From Gnetum montanum (taxonomy: Eukaryota; Plantae; Gnetophyta): a stretch of DNA of 64,000 bases. Positions 33,507 to 47,872 of the stretch are shown here, in pieces. Every line of letters starts with the position of its first letter. The stretch's first letter is position 1. The stretch is from positions 230,381 to 294,380 of the forward strand of contig MNCI01002010.1 in assembly GCA_015680685.1 (NCBI GenBank), given 5' to 3'. The notes beneath the pieces are model-generated. The model searched no databases. It had not been told where the DNA came from and worked only from the letters and a program-made list of their open reading frames with translations. A program made the translations under genes and the position numbers.

Positions 33507-33524
33507 TGGCACTGTTTCCAGGGA
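33507..33524 (+). promoter_or_regulatory. PBS, tRNA-Asp type
   Basis: TGGCACTGTTTCCAGGGA vs canonical Athila TGGCGCCGTTGCCGGGGA. Confidence 0.8.
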
Positions 33525-33659
33525 CGGTGCTAGTTATTTAGATTAGTTATATCATACAAGATCATTGTAACAAAATATTTATTAATATATCTCTTAGAAA
33601 ATAACTTAATTTCAATTAAGTCATACAAAAATTCATAACAATATCTCTCTCACAAGACT

Positions 33660-35300
33660 ATGATAATGCAACAACTAGTAAGGCAATTCATTAGAGAACC
33701 AATGAATTATACGATGATGAAGACGAAGTTTGGAGTACTCAATCTGATATAGAGGTCCCTTATGTACATAAACAGAGACACCATCATCCCAACTCACAAA
33801 TTCATAACCTAACTAGTGATGATGAACCCCTAATATCTGCTAAGAGCCTAATGCATATACAAGAGGCTATTCGAATCTTCCATAGGCATCGTAAGGAAAG
33901 CCATCTACCCAGGCTTGATTTAAACATCTTTCCCAAATTTTTAGGAGGCTACAATTTAGTTCTGCAACATCATTTACAAGCCTTCCATGATGCCTGTATA
34001 TGGAATAATATTGATAATGGATGGCAAAAACTTAAGCTCTTTCCTCTAAAACTCGTTGGTCGAGAAAAAGTATGGTATAGGTGTTTAAAACCAAGATTAA
34101 TTTGATGTTGGCTAATAATGGTAGAACTCTTCAATGAAAGATATCAAACCTATGAAAGAGTGTCATCCTTGAGGAAAAAAATCTAAGAGTGGAAAAAAGC
34201 ATAACATGAACCCTTGGACATGGCCTTAGAAAGATATTATGCATTGTTAAACAACTACCTAGGCCATGGGTTCTTCAACGAAAGGCTAATGTACCATATC
34301 ATAGATGGGCTACGTAATTAAATTAGGGAAATGCTAGGGATGTATGCCCCAAGTCAACTATATGAACTATAGATCCATCAATTCCAAGAGCTTATCAAGT
34401 GGGTAGCAAAAGAAGAAGGATAAATGGCTAAGAGGGAGAATGTTGAAAAATCTCAACATGATCAAAATCTCAAATTAACAAAGGACCATAACCAAGAGGA
34501 GGAAAAATTAACTCATCTCAAGGAGGTGGAACCATCTTTGCTAGTACGACAATCACTTGATGAAATTGAGGCAAAGATTGATATGATGATGGAATGAATA
34601 CATGAAAAATCTGGAGAATAAACCAACACTATTAGAGATAGGATCATGATGAACCAAGAAACAAGACAAAACACCACTAAACAATTGGAAAGAAATGTTG
34701 AAGAAAATAATAACTCAACTACTAATCATATGTAACAGTGTGAGATTTTCCTGTACAATTATCCTAAAGGCCAATGCCCAATCTTGTCACATTTACATGA
34801 GCATTGGAAAATAATGTTACATCTAGAGTTCATACAAAAATATTGTGTTCAATTATAGTGGCAAAAATCCCAATCATGGGGGAGGCCACCCTCAAATTGG
34901 TTAAACACTTCATACCACCCAAACCTAAGCACATATCAAGCTCAACATCTTGTTTCCCCAACTAGGTCAACATCCTCTATCTCACCACATTGTTATCATT
35001 CTTCTAAATACTATCAACCCATATCCTCTCCAAAAAAATCATCCCCTTGTCTATCTTAAACTTCTCCTCAATTTCAATATTCCCATCCTTCACCACCTTC
35101 TACATCGCCACCCATTGTACCCAAAGGGTTTGCACCATAGCATCGACCCACGAATGTTACTTGTGCTACTATTGTTAGTAGTAGTGGAAACCCTCCACAA
35201 CATCAAAGACATCCCTTCTTTAGACATGACCATAGATATAATAAAAAATGGGAGTAAGAGTAATAAAAAACACTCAATAAAGAAACCCGATGAAATTGTA
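33660..35300 (+). pseudogene. gag: Athila-like gag
   Basis: FPKFLGG..QHHLQAFHDAC..LKLFPLKLVGREKVWY..LKP (Retrotrans_gag-like), then a Pro/Ser-rich tail; ends approximate. Confidence 0.8.
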
Positions 35301-36815
35301 GGGGATCCCTCTAGAAAGACATGCATCCATGCCTAAAGGTAGGAAACTTCTCTAGATTAAACATTCAAGAAAATCAAAGAAAAAAATGGGGTGAGGAAGA
35401 AAGAAAAAGAGAAAAAGAAAAAGAAAAAAAGAAAAAGAGAAAAGATCAAGACAAAACTGTCATAAAGAAATTCCAAATCACTCCTCCCTTGAATGAAATG
35501 CTAAGTGATCATATGCCTTACTATCATGACCCTCTTATGCTTGTCCATCATGGGATGAAACAATGTGATGTCACTGATTAAAGGAATGGACTTGATTTGA
35601 TTTTGGAGCAACAAGCTAATGACACATTAATAATTCCCTACACTCAAGATTCATTATGCCCTAGGTCAGTCGCCTCACATCTTGATCTTTGCAATCCCTT
35701 CTCCAATTTTCCTCATCTCGTTGTTCACGTATTTGTGACTCATGTCTTGTGTATCATTGAATTTATATCTAATCATGGTGGTATCTACATGTGTGTGTTT
35801 TGTGGGATTGATGTGGATTACATTCACCCTTTCCATGCCTATGAACATTTTCACGGTAGTTATGTAAGGGCATCGTAAGTAGGAACCTACTTTGGGGAGG
35901 ACCCACTTGATTAACCTTTGTAATTTACACTCATTGAACATCATCCTCACATCATTTTATCCTTCAAGTACTGCATTGCCAATGTTATTCTTTCCTTTAT
36001 CATCCTTCTATGTTCAAACATTCCTATGCACCATCACATATCCTTTTTCCTCATTCTATTCATGAATTTCATTGTCAAATTCTACCCCATTATACCTTTT
36101 GTGCCTTTTGGTCTATTCAATGTTACCTTGAACCTTTCCAATTAATCTTAAATATTTATTTTTGGCCTTGGAAATTTAGAAATTCATTAATTTTACTAAG
36201 TACCCTATTTTCAATGGGCCACGATATTGGGTACTCAATATCAGGTCCAACATGATATTAGGTCTGTGTTGTCAAGTATGTGATATTGTGTCCANNNNNN
36301 NNNNNNNNNNNNNNNNNNNNNNNNNNNNNNNNNNNNNNNNNNNNTCAACATCATTTTTCATTGCTCATGCAAGGGAAGCTTTTCAAATTTTCTATCTTAT
36401 GCACCTATTTTTCAAACAACCATAACTTGCTTGTCAGTACTCTAATTTTCATTCTGATTAAACCTTTCTAAATCCAAAGTTTTCAACTTAGTCATGGGAG
36501 AAGGTTACACTCCAAGTTGGGCATAATTTTTCCAAAATTCATCATTGCTTGAAGAATATCATAAAGGGTAAATAACCATAAAAACTATTAAACATGTTGC
36601 CAAATCAATTTTATCTCTTCACTCATACCATGAGAATTAATTTTTGGATCCACCTAATCAAATTGGCCCTAATATCAAAAATTTTAGTGGAAATTTTTAT
36701 AATCTTTCGTAAGTTTGGATCACACTAAACAAGAAACGAATTCATTAAAGGCAAGAAGCATATAAGTCAAATTTTGTAAATAACCTTACTAATGGTCAAT
36801 CCCATGTGATTGTAG

Positions 36816-39180
36816 ATGGCCCCTAAAAGAGGATAGCAAGGAGGACCCTCTCAAGGAGCATCCAGAAAACCAAGGAGAGGCAAAGGCCAAGCATCTCTTG
36901 AGGAATGCTTAGAATAGGAGGCATAATCATTCAATATCCATGAAGAGCCTCCTGTTACTATATAGTCAGGACATGCTGAAGGAGGAGCTAATGAAGCACT
37001 TGAATAGAGATAATACCTCATGTTGTTCCTAGAGTGTGTTCAAGCAATTCATGAAAGGTCCATGTTAGTAGCTATAATAGTGGAACTCAAATGATCCCCA
37101 TTATGGCCTATCCTCTTTGAAAGTGGTGCTTCCTACCTAGGAGAGATGTACCAATTTTGGCATAATAAAGAAGAAGGTACCATAGTGGATATTGATGGTT
37201 TTTTTGTAGATTTATCTACCAAGGCCATTTTGAAAGTATTGAATCTTTTAGATATAGTGCCAAAAGTTGCTCTCCTGGCCACTCGCTCCAATGTTGATGC
37301 ATGAAAGATCTAGTTAAAAAGGATGTATGGTAGGAGAACAAAATGTATGGAGTGTTGACACTGGAAGAGAGAATATAATTTAAGATTGGTACATATCACA
37401 TCTTCCCCACAAAATGACTAAACATGATCTCCACATATGCAACAAGAGAAAGTGCAATATTGATGGGCAAGGTTAATACCAACCTCCCCCATCTATATCT
37501 AATAGAGATTTTGAGGAAAATTGAGAAATGCAAGATAGGGAAGTTCAAATTACCCTTCCCTTGTTTTATTAGGAAGCTATGCTAGCATGTTGCAATTCTA
37601 GGGTACACCAATGATGTCCCTAGAAGGGTCCAAAATGCTTCATTTGTTGAATTGCTAGAGCCACCAGCCCCAAGGAAAAGTGTTGGTGAGACACTAGAGT
37701 TAGAATAAGAACAGATGGTGGGGTCCATTGTAACTCAAAATATAGGGACTAGCCAAATCCCAGGCATAAGGCCCAATCAACAATAACAAATGAGCCCCAA
37801 CATAGGCTAGTAAGACCAACCATTACCACTATCATAGGATTATCAACCATTGATATGCCATCTTAGGGCCATCGCTGAGACGGTTAGTTAGGGAAGCCAT
37901 GATGAGACCAACCACTTTCGGGTCATAGATGATATTGTACAACCCATGGTCTCTATCAATAGCACATAGGGTGAGGTGTCAATCCAAACAAGACGAGGGG
38001 AATTGCACTGATCACAACAAATATTAGGAAATGTTGCATCTTTTCAGGTGCAATTAGAAACTAGTGAAGGGGCCACAATAGTGGTCATGCAATACCAAGA
38101 TGTAATGGGAGTTGTAGAAGTGGTCATGGACCATATAAAATAATCATTCAATGTACCTAGTATGCCATTGATAGAATTTATGAGAGCATGTGATGCTCAA
38201 AACTTTGGTTTGTCTCTCGATGACTACTGTAGAGCATGAGGATGTTCTCAATCGATTGCTACAGATAGGACAAGTGATGATGTTCCTATTTAATATCCCT
38301 CAATATCTCACAACAACTCAATTATACCTCATATACACCAAAGGAAAGCTTGTTATGGTAGATATTAGGGCCAACCATGCAGAGGCAAAGTTGGAAAGAC
38401 TCTAGGAGATCCATCTCAATTTTTCCCCATAGACTAGTTAGAGCTTTTTAGGATAGAAAAACTTAATAAATTCTTCGCAAAAAATAAAAGAGTGGAAAAG
38501 GAGAAAGAGAAGGCCAAAGCCCACATCAACACTCTCAGTGCTCGAAACATTGATTGGTGGGCCATATCAGATACTTATGCATTCATCCATCAAGTAGAAC
38601 TCAAAAGCTAGGACCTATAGATACAAGATCTTATAGAGTACATGGAGTTGGCAAACTTGTGCTATGAAAACTTGGCAATGTTAATAGAAAGATGCCCAAG
38701 AATAGAGCTAGAGAAGTAGGTAGAAAACACCTACACAAAGTATGAAATAGAATTTTATAAGCACAAGAAGATGCTGCAAAAACTAGAAGTGGAAAATTCT
38801 GAGTTAGAGGTGGTCAAGGCTAGTTACCAGGGACAAAAGGATGTTGTAGTAGACTTAGCTCAATAGCTCATGAATTATCAAGAATACAAGGACAAAGCCA
38901 CAACCTATGAAGAGGAATGATAGCTATTTGTGGCTTGGTATGTTAAGGTAAACCAAATGTTCCCACAATATCCATGTCCATGGGAAGTGCTGACTTCATC
39001 AAACATTGAAACATTAGCATCGACAACACAAGACCCTTGAATTGAAGAGGAAAAGCTCCAAGGACTCCTTCACAGCCATCAAATTTTAAATCCTAGAGTG
39101 CAAGAAAAGCAGAAGAGTCCCATGGAGGAACCACCACCACCGAAAACCACAAAAGTGCTAATAAATTTTGAAATTTCTTA
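36816..39180 (+). pseudogene. Athila-type env-like 3' ORF
   Basis: TTGTAG|ATG GCC CCT AAA AGA (MAPKR); IDGFFVDLSTKAILKVLNL; NLPHLYL..LPFPCFIRKLC; charged, coiled-coil-like C-terminus; many stops. Confidence 0.75.
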
Positions 39181-39342
39181 ATTTTGTGTCTGTATCCCAA
39201 TTTTGTTGTGTTCAATTCTCCACTATAGCATGAATAAATTCTTACTAAGTCAATAATCCCATACCTATCCACAATGTAATAAATTTGGCTTGTTTTCATT
39301 TTGTTTAACTTGAGGATGAGTTTTCATTTAGTTGTGGAAGTA

Positions 39343-40171
39343 TGATGAACCATGATTTGTTAGGCTCTAATATCAGACCCACGATATCAGGTATGTAATA
39401 CCATGACTTCAATAATAATATCAGATACACGATATCATGTTTCTTGTTTGAGCCTATAAATACACATTTTGAGGCATAGGAAAAAAGAGTTATAGTTAGT
39501 AGGTGTATGTGTAGAGTCATTTCTATTCTTTTCCCAGTGAATGCCCATAGTGCGATGATTGTAATTGTATGGAACCATTATTTGAGTGTGATGTACTTGG
39601 ACACACACATGACCAACAATAAAGATCAAGATTACTTCATCATTGTAGCATTCACTTAACTCTTAATTACTTTACTTGTTATTTATTATTCTCTTTAGTT
39701 AATATTTAATTTCTTTTCATTTACATTTCATGCTATTAAATGCAAAATGAGTATGACTTAATCATGAGCATTTAAGTGTGACTACTTGGTATCCCAGCAA
39801 CATACTTAGGACATGTTCTTGGTAATCCCAGTAGTAGTACACAAGGTCCAAGATGTGTATGGATGATTAAGGATGAATGACCATCGCACTTTGGCTAGCT
39901 TTGATTCTCTTCACCCATTCCCTATTAGCTTAAACAAGGTTATTTCCATGGTCTCTAGGAGTAGCACTAGTTTAGGACCACATCATACACCACACCCTGG
40001 ACTAAGTCATACGTGACAAAGCAAATAATACTCTAGGTGGGAAGATAGTGAACTATGATCAATGTGTAACTATCTAAATGCCACAACTAGTCCATCTATA
40101 GAGTTCAACTGGATCATGCATGAACACTCATATTCATATGGTTGAGTGTAGGGGTACCTAGCCACTCCTCA
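39343..40171 (+). repeat. 3' LTR element B
   Basis: Follows degenerate PPT AGTTGTGGAAGTA; TGATG...CCTCA. Confidence 0.92.
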
Positions 40172-41796
40172 CTTGTCTCAACACATATTATGATCATGCT
40201 CTCTATTAATATAAAATGTGTTGATAAATTAATTTCTATGATTATTGTGAGAATATAATAGTTTTGAATAGCGAAGGCCTTAACTCAAGTTGAAAAATAT
40301 TCAAGAAGACTTTTATTTCAAAGGGAATTATATGTATCTTTTAATATTTATCATCAAGTGGACATGCTACTCACAAGAGACTCTAAGGTCTCCATTTCCA
40401 CAAATGGAAGTAACTCATGATTGTTCAATCAGCAAATGGATATGTAATAATGATTTGAAGAACATTAGTGTTTTTATGATGGCAAAGAAATACCTACTAA
40501 CAAGATCATTAGAAGTTTAACGAGAGATTACTTCTCTCCACAACAGTTGATTCAAAAGATGAAACAATGAAGATTCTCTCTTAGACATGATACTTAGGAA
40601 CAAGCTTCCACTCAAAAAATAAGGAAAAAAAAGAATATTCATATCTGGTAAAGTCTTGAAGGTGAAAGAGTGAGTTATTCTTTATTGAATTTTTAAGAAT
40701 CTTTTACCTAAAGGTAATCTTTAGTTGTGCAAGCCTCTTGAAGTTATTTAGGTATATCAATTTCCTCCTTAGGCACTATCTTAAGATATTAATGTTGCAT
40801 GACGAATCTGTTATGTGCTAAGAATGTATGTTTTTAAGTACTTAAGTTCTTTATTGCTAATATAAGCTAAATTGTTTTCACCTAAGAGATCTCAAGCACT
40901 ATCAATAGTAGATTAGAATAAGAAAAGGCACTCACACTCTCTTTTGATAAAGCATCTATGATAATCTTGAAAATTAATTGATGTTATATTTATGGCTAAG
41001 AACATCTTAATAAGGAGTTACTTTGTTTAATCTCTTGATTTATTTAATATGAAAATTTTGCTATTTTAACCTCTCCATTTAGTTGATCTATTTCTTTAAA
41101 TTTGGTGGTGCATATATTTATTCTCCTTGGCATATCTTCTAAATATGGAAATTGTGATGAGAAAATTCTAATGATCCTTTGCTTTAATAAAGATTGTATG
41201 ATGTGTCTTAATGTTTAATAGTATTTTGGTCTATATTATTTTTTATCTTTTACAAAATCTAGAATGATCATTCCTATGCATAGACTTGAAGCATTTAAAA
41301 GTTGTTTATATTTACTCTCCTTATGAAAATGCTTTGCCTTAAGTTTTATGCTTGTTTATTTTAAAGGTTCAACTTAATTTTTGATGATGTCCAAAAAGGA
41401 GAAGAATTTGTGACATGGTTATTGGGACATGGGCATATGTGTTATATTCATGAGCATTGAATGATAATAATGACTTATGGATATATTGAATAGTTATGCC
41501 TCAAATGGTTATATTGATGATTTCTATGTAGTGATGATATAGAGATAGGATAATTGATCTCCATTACTCAGAATTTTAATCCTTAATGGCTATATTAAAC
41601 TCACAAGGCTTTAAGTATGTCTCTTTGTATTTATCAATTATGTGTTGTTCTTTATAGTTTACATTTGAGCCCTTTGAAACCAAGGATAAAGGATGCATAT
41701 TTTTTTAATATATATTCATCTCTACATCATCCTTAGTTTAATAAATTATATATCATGGGACATACTAATCCATTTTCTTAAGTTTTGGACATTATT

Positions 41797-42620
41797 AAAA
41801 AGGGGGAGATTATTAACCTTTTGGTATGTCAAAACCATAGAGAAAATGAAGAATGTAGAATGTGCGTGTGTGATTGTGATCTTGCAAGACCATATGAGAA
41901 TTTATTGGAAAAATACTTCAGATAGAGAGATAAGACATAAAAAATGTGAGATACAATGATGAAATAAAGACTAAATATAACAAGATAAGAACGTGGATGT
42001 TAACGGAGTCTATGAGTTAAACAAAGATTTTTGAGAACTACTCAATAGCTAAAAGGTCAAAGAAATACTTCATATCTCAAAGTGTATCTAGAAGGAAGAC
42101 ATGTTACTGAAATAACAAATGTGTATCTAGCATTGTAGACATCTATAGGAAGATGTCTAACAGTAGATGTTTACACCTTCAAGTAGAAATCTCTCCTACA
42201 TTGAAGCTAGTAATAGATAGATGTCTTATCCTCAAAGTAGATGTCTATACTAGTTGTTTGATAGCCATTGCATGAATTCCAAGGAGATTTTGAAAACTTC
42301 AAGAGTATAAGACAAAGTGAAATTCATGGGAATTATGCAAACATTATTAATTAAAAGATTCATTATTCCCTACTCTAGAGAATTTTTTTTTGTTCTTCAT
42401 TGTATCATTATTTTCTTGTATTGATTGTATTGAGAGTTAAGTGCAAGAGATCTTTAAATGAAGTTACACTCCTTCATTGTTATTATTCTTTCTTTCTTGT
42501 AGCTCTAGATGTAATAAACAAGCTCTAGATGAAAACAAGCTAGGTATAAGAATAGGTATGAAAAATCTCTCGATGCAATAAACAAGTGTAATGATATAAC
42601 ATATTAAAAACAAAGTGATA
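41797..42620 (+). repeat. SIRE-type PPT and truncated 3' LTR
   Basis: AAAAAGGGGGAGAT then TATTAACC (TG>TA); upstream PPT-like CCAAAAAGGAGAAG at 41391; AGATGTCTA-type short repeats at 42080-42250; end approximate. Confidence 0.6.
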
Positions 42621-45600
42621 GTTTTTCATTTACCCACTATAGGGGAAATGGTAGGAATAAAAACTTAACGAACCTTTAAAACATTTATATGGTTTTAACC
42701 CTAGCCAAAAATCAAGGAACCTAACTTGTTTTTAATAACATCTCAAATCATATGTATCTATTAACCTAGTTTATTTTATCAATCATTTTCTTTATGCTCA
42801 CATATTTTAGTGACAGGTTTTGATTAAAATTCTAACTTGTAAGATGGAAACCATATGTCTTAATAAAAATTTAACAATAGTACTTCTAACTTGTAAAATG
42901 TAAACCATATGCCTTAAATTTCCTTTCCTAAGTAGGAAGTTGTGCAAGCATTTTGAAATCCTAGGATACACTAATGACATTCCTAAGAGGGCTCAAAATG
43001 CTTCTTTTGCTAATTTTCTTAAACCTACAACATTAAGGAAAGAACTTGGTGAAGAATAAGAAATAGAAAAGGAGATAGAACTAGAAAGGGAAATAGAGAA
43101 AAAGCTTGAGTAGTAGTGTGAGCCACAAGTTCCACTGCCACCACCATAAGATTATTAGATCACAATGAGCCATCTATAGTGCATTACTAAAACTCTTAGT
43201 TAGGGAAGTAGGGATGATTCAAACCTCTTCTAAATTATCAATGATGTTGTGTAACCCACCATTTCTACCATTCCATCAAGGAGGAAGATTTCTTTACAAT
43301 CAAGTGAAAAAGCTCAATGGTCACAAAAAATCTCTGGCAACAATGCATCTTTTCAAGTAATGCTTGAAATAGGAGAAGGTGCTACTATCATGGTCATGTA
43401 GCACCAAGATGTTGGAGGAGTAGCAAAGGTAATAATGAATCACATTAAATAATCCTTTAATATTCCTGTTGTGCCCCCAATGGACTTGATTGGAACCAAA
43501 GATGTCCAAATGCTAACTGGAACTTCAATGACTCTTGTAGCCAATGAGGATGTGCTTAATAGATTGCTATAGATAGGACAAGTGATGAACACCATTTTTG
43601 ACATCTCCAGTGATGTCACTATAGGCCAGTTAGACTTCATTTCCATAAACGAAAAGTTAGTCATGGTAGAGACCAGGGTGGAGCATGTAGAAATAAAAGT
43701 CCATCGACTACAGCAAGAGTTGGTTGTCCTGGGAGTTGAAAGAAGGGACATTACCTAATGTGTCACACTTGACCAATTGGACCAATTCAAAATAGAGTTT
43801 ATAAACCAATTAATTTAATAGAATAAAGATACTAAGAAAGAGAAGGAGAAGACAATCTGGAATGCCTCAACACTGAAGCTCATGGATATGTTCATAAGAA
43901 GGCATTGACCATCACATAATAAGAGAATAAGCAACTTGTTGCTAATAATGCCAGTTTGACCATTTTTAAGAAATAGAAGAACATTTTGGAAGAAAGTATC
44001 CACCAGTTGAAAGAACAACTGGTCATAGTTAACCAAGACACCAATAGATTAGCCAAAGAAAATTGAACCCCCTCAATGGAAGAGGTGTGTACAATACATT
44101 AGAAACTTGCAATTGAGATAAGCACATGGAAAAATGAGGCTAAGATATATGAGAAGATAAATGAGAACTTCTAGGATCAAATTGGCATGTACAAATAGAT
44201 TAATGAAAAATAAATCTAGATGAAAAAATCCTTGATCAGTTCCATGTTAGTGCAGAATCTTGAATGGTAGCCAATCTTGGATACCTATGCCTTGGTCCAT
44301 AAAGTGAAAGAAAAGAAGAAGGACCTACAAATTGAAGGTTTGAAAGAATAAATGGCATTTTCTAACCTTTAATATGCCAAACTTGCCATGTTAATTGTAG
44401 GTCAAGCAAGAAATGAGCTAGAGCAGCAAGTAGCAACGAATTATGTACTATATGAAACTGAGTTTGTTGATAGGAAAGATGATCTACAAAAGCTCCACAT
44501 GGAAAACTCATAATTTCAAATAATAAATGCTTAATACCATAGCAAAAGAGATGTACCTTCTAACCTAGCTAAAATATTAACAAATCATCATGAATTGAAA
44601 TAAAAGGCCAAGGCCTTTGAGGAGGAATGACGGTTGTTTGTAGCTTAGTACATGAAAGAAAGCAAAATGTTTCCATAGCTACCATGCCCATGGGATGTAC
44701 CAGTTTTGGCACACATCAACTCATCAACTTAAATGGTACATGAGCCAAGAATGAATGAATAGTTGTAGGCACTCCTAAACTACAAAAAATTCTAGAAGCC
44801 TGATAATAAGGAGAAGTGACTAATGGAAGAGCCATCACCTCCAAAAACTACATGAGCTCTTCCAATTTTGTGTCTTGTAATGTTGTGTTTATATTTTTTG
44901 TAAAACACCACTACCACATGAAAGAGTCAATTTCTGTATTTATTTAAGTCATTTAATAATCCCATACCATTTATTTTCATTTAGATGTGGGGGTATGATG
45001 AGTGATGTTTTGGAAGGCTATGATATTAGATATCCAATGTTGAGTATACGATATTGGAGCACAACCTCCAATGTTGGGCATCCAATATCACCCCTTATGT
45101 GCTAGCCTATAAATACCACACTTGGCTGTAGGGTTGTGATATAAATTTTAAATAGATTTTTCATAGATTTTAGAGTAGTCAAAATTTTGTTTTCTAGTGC
45201 ATGCCCACATTGTGATGTTAAGTGATTGTATGACATCCTTATTCAAGTATGACATACTTGGACGCATTACATGATTAGAAATAAAGATCAAGATTACTTT
45301 AATCATTGTAGCATCCACTTAGATTTATTATTGCTTTTAATTACTTAAATGTATTCTATTTTCCTCAGTTAATGTTTCCATTTATTGCTCTTTATTATTC
45401 ATGTCATTAAGTAGAATAAGTACAAATAATCATGAGTGCTTAAGTATAATTACATGGTAGCCTATTAGTGTATCATTTGGTATGCCTAGTGATGTACGAT
45501 TACTAATTCCAATGGTAGTTATGCAAAGTCCAAGGCATGTGTGGATGATTAGGAACAAATACTTATCACACATAGACTAGTTTAGACTTTACTTTTCATT

Positions 45601-45861
45601 ATTAATTAGATTAAACAATTAAGCTTTTTATTATCATTAGGCATAGCTTAGGCCCAAACAACATCAACTATCTTATGTGTCACTTTGGACTAAACTATAT
45701 ATGACAAAGCTACCACTAGTCCAAGTGGGAAGATAACCAGCTACAATCAAGACATAATGATCTAGATACCATAACTAGTCGCATCCATAGAATTCAACCA
45801 AATCATGTATGAATGCTTGCAATTTGTATGTATGGGCATAGGGGTACCTTGTCACTTATCA
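42620..45861 (+). mobile_element. 5'-truncated Athila-like element C (env-like 3' part, PPT, 3' LTR 44996-45861)
   Basis: 42910-44870 is homologous to 37550-39170; PPT AGATGTGGGGGTA; LTR TGATG...TATCA; start approximate. Confidence 0.8.
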
Positions 45862-47872
45862 CTTTCTCTTAAATAATTTTCCAAATTATCTTTAACTCAC
45901 TAGGTTAGTTATATATTTGTAATATATATCTATAATTTGATTGAGAGATTATTGCAAAGACTATTTTGTGTCTTGGTTCATCTACTATGATAGATATCTA
46001 TAATTTGACTAAGATCTATGTAGATTTTATGCATTCCAGAACAATTTTGATCAAGTCGTTATACTTGTATGATGAGAAGGATAACTTATTATAGTTTTGA
46101 TAATAAATCATATGCTATAAAATATTTGTAAATTCTCATGAATTATTTTCCATCCATGCTCCCCTTTCCCTTTAGAATTTCCTTTCTCATGTATTCCAAG
46201 ACATACACATAAAAGATATTATTTTGCTTGAAGTAAATATGTTAGCATTATAGATGAAATATTATTTAGCATTACTTATTGGATTTCTCTATAGTGTTAT
46301 ATATAAATTATTATTTAGCTTTACATATAGGCTCCCTTGAGTCTTATGGACAAAATATTATTTAGTATCACTATGGTATAATTGGTAGTTAGCCTCTTGG
46401 TCAAACTTATTAAAATTTCTCTTAGGAAAGGGGATGGTGATGGGGATGATATATTAATAATAAGCAAAAAATTCAAAGTACATCACATGCTTGACACTAT
46501 GTAGAAAACATTAAAAACACCATAGAGAGGAAAAACTTTCCAATGTTAGCAATGTTTTCTCAACTATACAACCTTATAGTTGATTCTTTAAAAAATCAAG
46601 AAAAGAAAATTAATTTTAAAGAGGGAGGAATTTCCTAGCCCTAACAACATTTACATCACTTTCAAAGTTCCTATTAACAAAAAATTCCTATTAAAATTTT
46701 CCCTCAATACAATCAATTGATATTGTAAATATTGTTTTACCATAAATTATATTTTCAAGTCAATGTTTCATCAATTTGATTTGTACACTTAAATGTCTTT
46801 GCATTTAATATAGATTTAAATACCTTTTTACTTAACAATGGTTGAAATCTTTTGTTTGCCTCCTTTATCATTTTTATGTAATTGAGACTGATTGTACTTC
46901 TTCTCCATTTTTTAAATATTATAGAGATAAAATTTGTAGAAGCATAAGATGCAAGCTAGAGTGTCATCTTGCCATATTTTAAGTCTATATTACTAGGCCT
47001 ATATATGTAGGTGGTCAAGACTTAAAGTTCTAACTCGACCATGCAAAACATAAGGAATAAGTGTTCTTCCTATAACTATTTATTGTTTAATTAGTTATAT
47101 TTCATGCATTTTGTTTTAAAGCCTTATTATTTCTTTAATATTAGTGTCCATCTTCATGTAATAAACCAATTATTCACTTTACGACTTTTATGGATCAATT
47201 TAGTAATAGTTTTCTTCACTTTTGCCATGGATACATCACACCTTTTTACTATATTTGTTATGCATTATATGATTTTTTTAAAAATATACCCTTTTGATTT
47301 TTCTTTATAATTATATTTGTACTATANATACCCTTTTGATTTTTCTTTATAATTATATTTGTACTATAGGTTTGCAAATATTTCTTGGAGGCTATGGAGA
47401 AAACCCAGTACGAATGATTCTAGGTTTGTTCAAATGGTGAAAAGGATTCTCATTATAGGTATGCTCTGTAAAGTGGATGAAGGCAATTATGCCTTTGCCT
47501 TGATTTTCTCTGGATAGTTCTACCTTGCCTTGGTATAATTTTATTCATGTCTATGTAATACTTGGTCATGTACCTATCCCCACAAAAATAAACTACCTTA
47601 TCCCCTTTTCAATTTTGGGTTTATTTTTGTAACCCAAACAATATATAAGGAGCTCAAAGAGAGAATACATTCCACTACATTCTTTTGAAGCATAAGCTTG
47701 AGAGTCATTTCCAGTCCTTTGTAAATGCTCCTTGAGCTTCAATTCTCTTAAGTTGTGCTATAGCTAATAGTCCAGGGGCTAACTTTCTGCTAGGGGTTTT
47801 CACCTTGAATTTTTTCCCTCCTTGAATTTTTTCATCACTATTATTTTTTCCAAGTAATTATAGGGGAAAATC

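Larger units (their letters stand above)
32653..40171 (+). mobile_element. Non-autonomous Athila-like element B (gag plus env-like ORF, no pol)
   Basis: Paired LTRs 32653-33505 and 39343-40171; perfect TSD CTTGT (32648-32652 and 40172-40176); Asp-type PBS. Confidence 0.92.
1003..42620 (+). mobile_element. Degenerate SIRE/Sirevirus-like Ty1/copia element, interrupted by nested insertions (own sequence 1003-3086, 32602-32652, 40172-~42620)
   Basis: LTR end CTTATTCAACCTTCCTTCTAAG..CA(1104), Met PBS, SIRE-type gag start, PPT AAAAAGGGGGAGAT (41797-41810). TSDs of the inserted elements rejoin the host. Linking the 5' and 3' halves is inferred because the 3' LTR is truncated; the right boundary is approximate. 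Confidence 0.65.

Noticed and set aside
47286-47368. Exact 41-bp duplication
   Set aside because: The copies are separated by a single N, typical of an unmerged contig overlap.
45862-47466. AT-rich interval
   Set aside because: No termini, domains or repeats that I can support.
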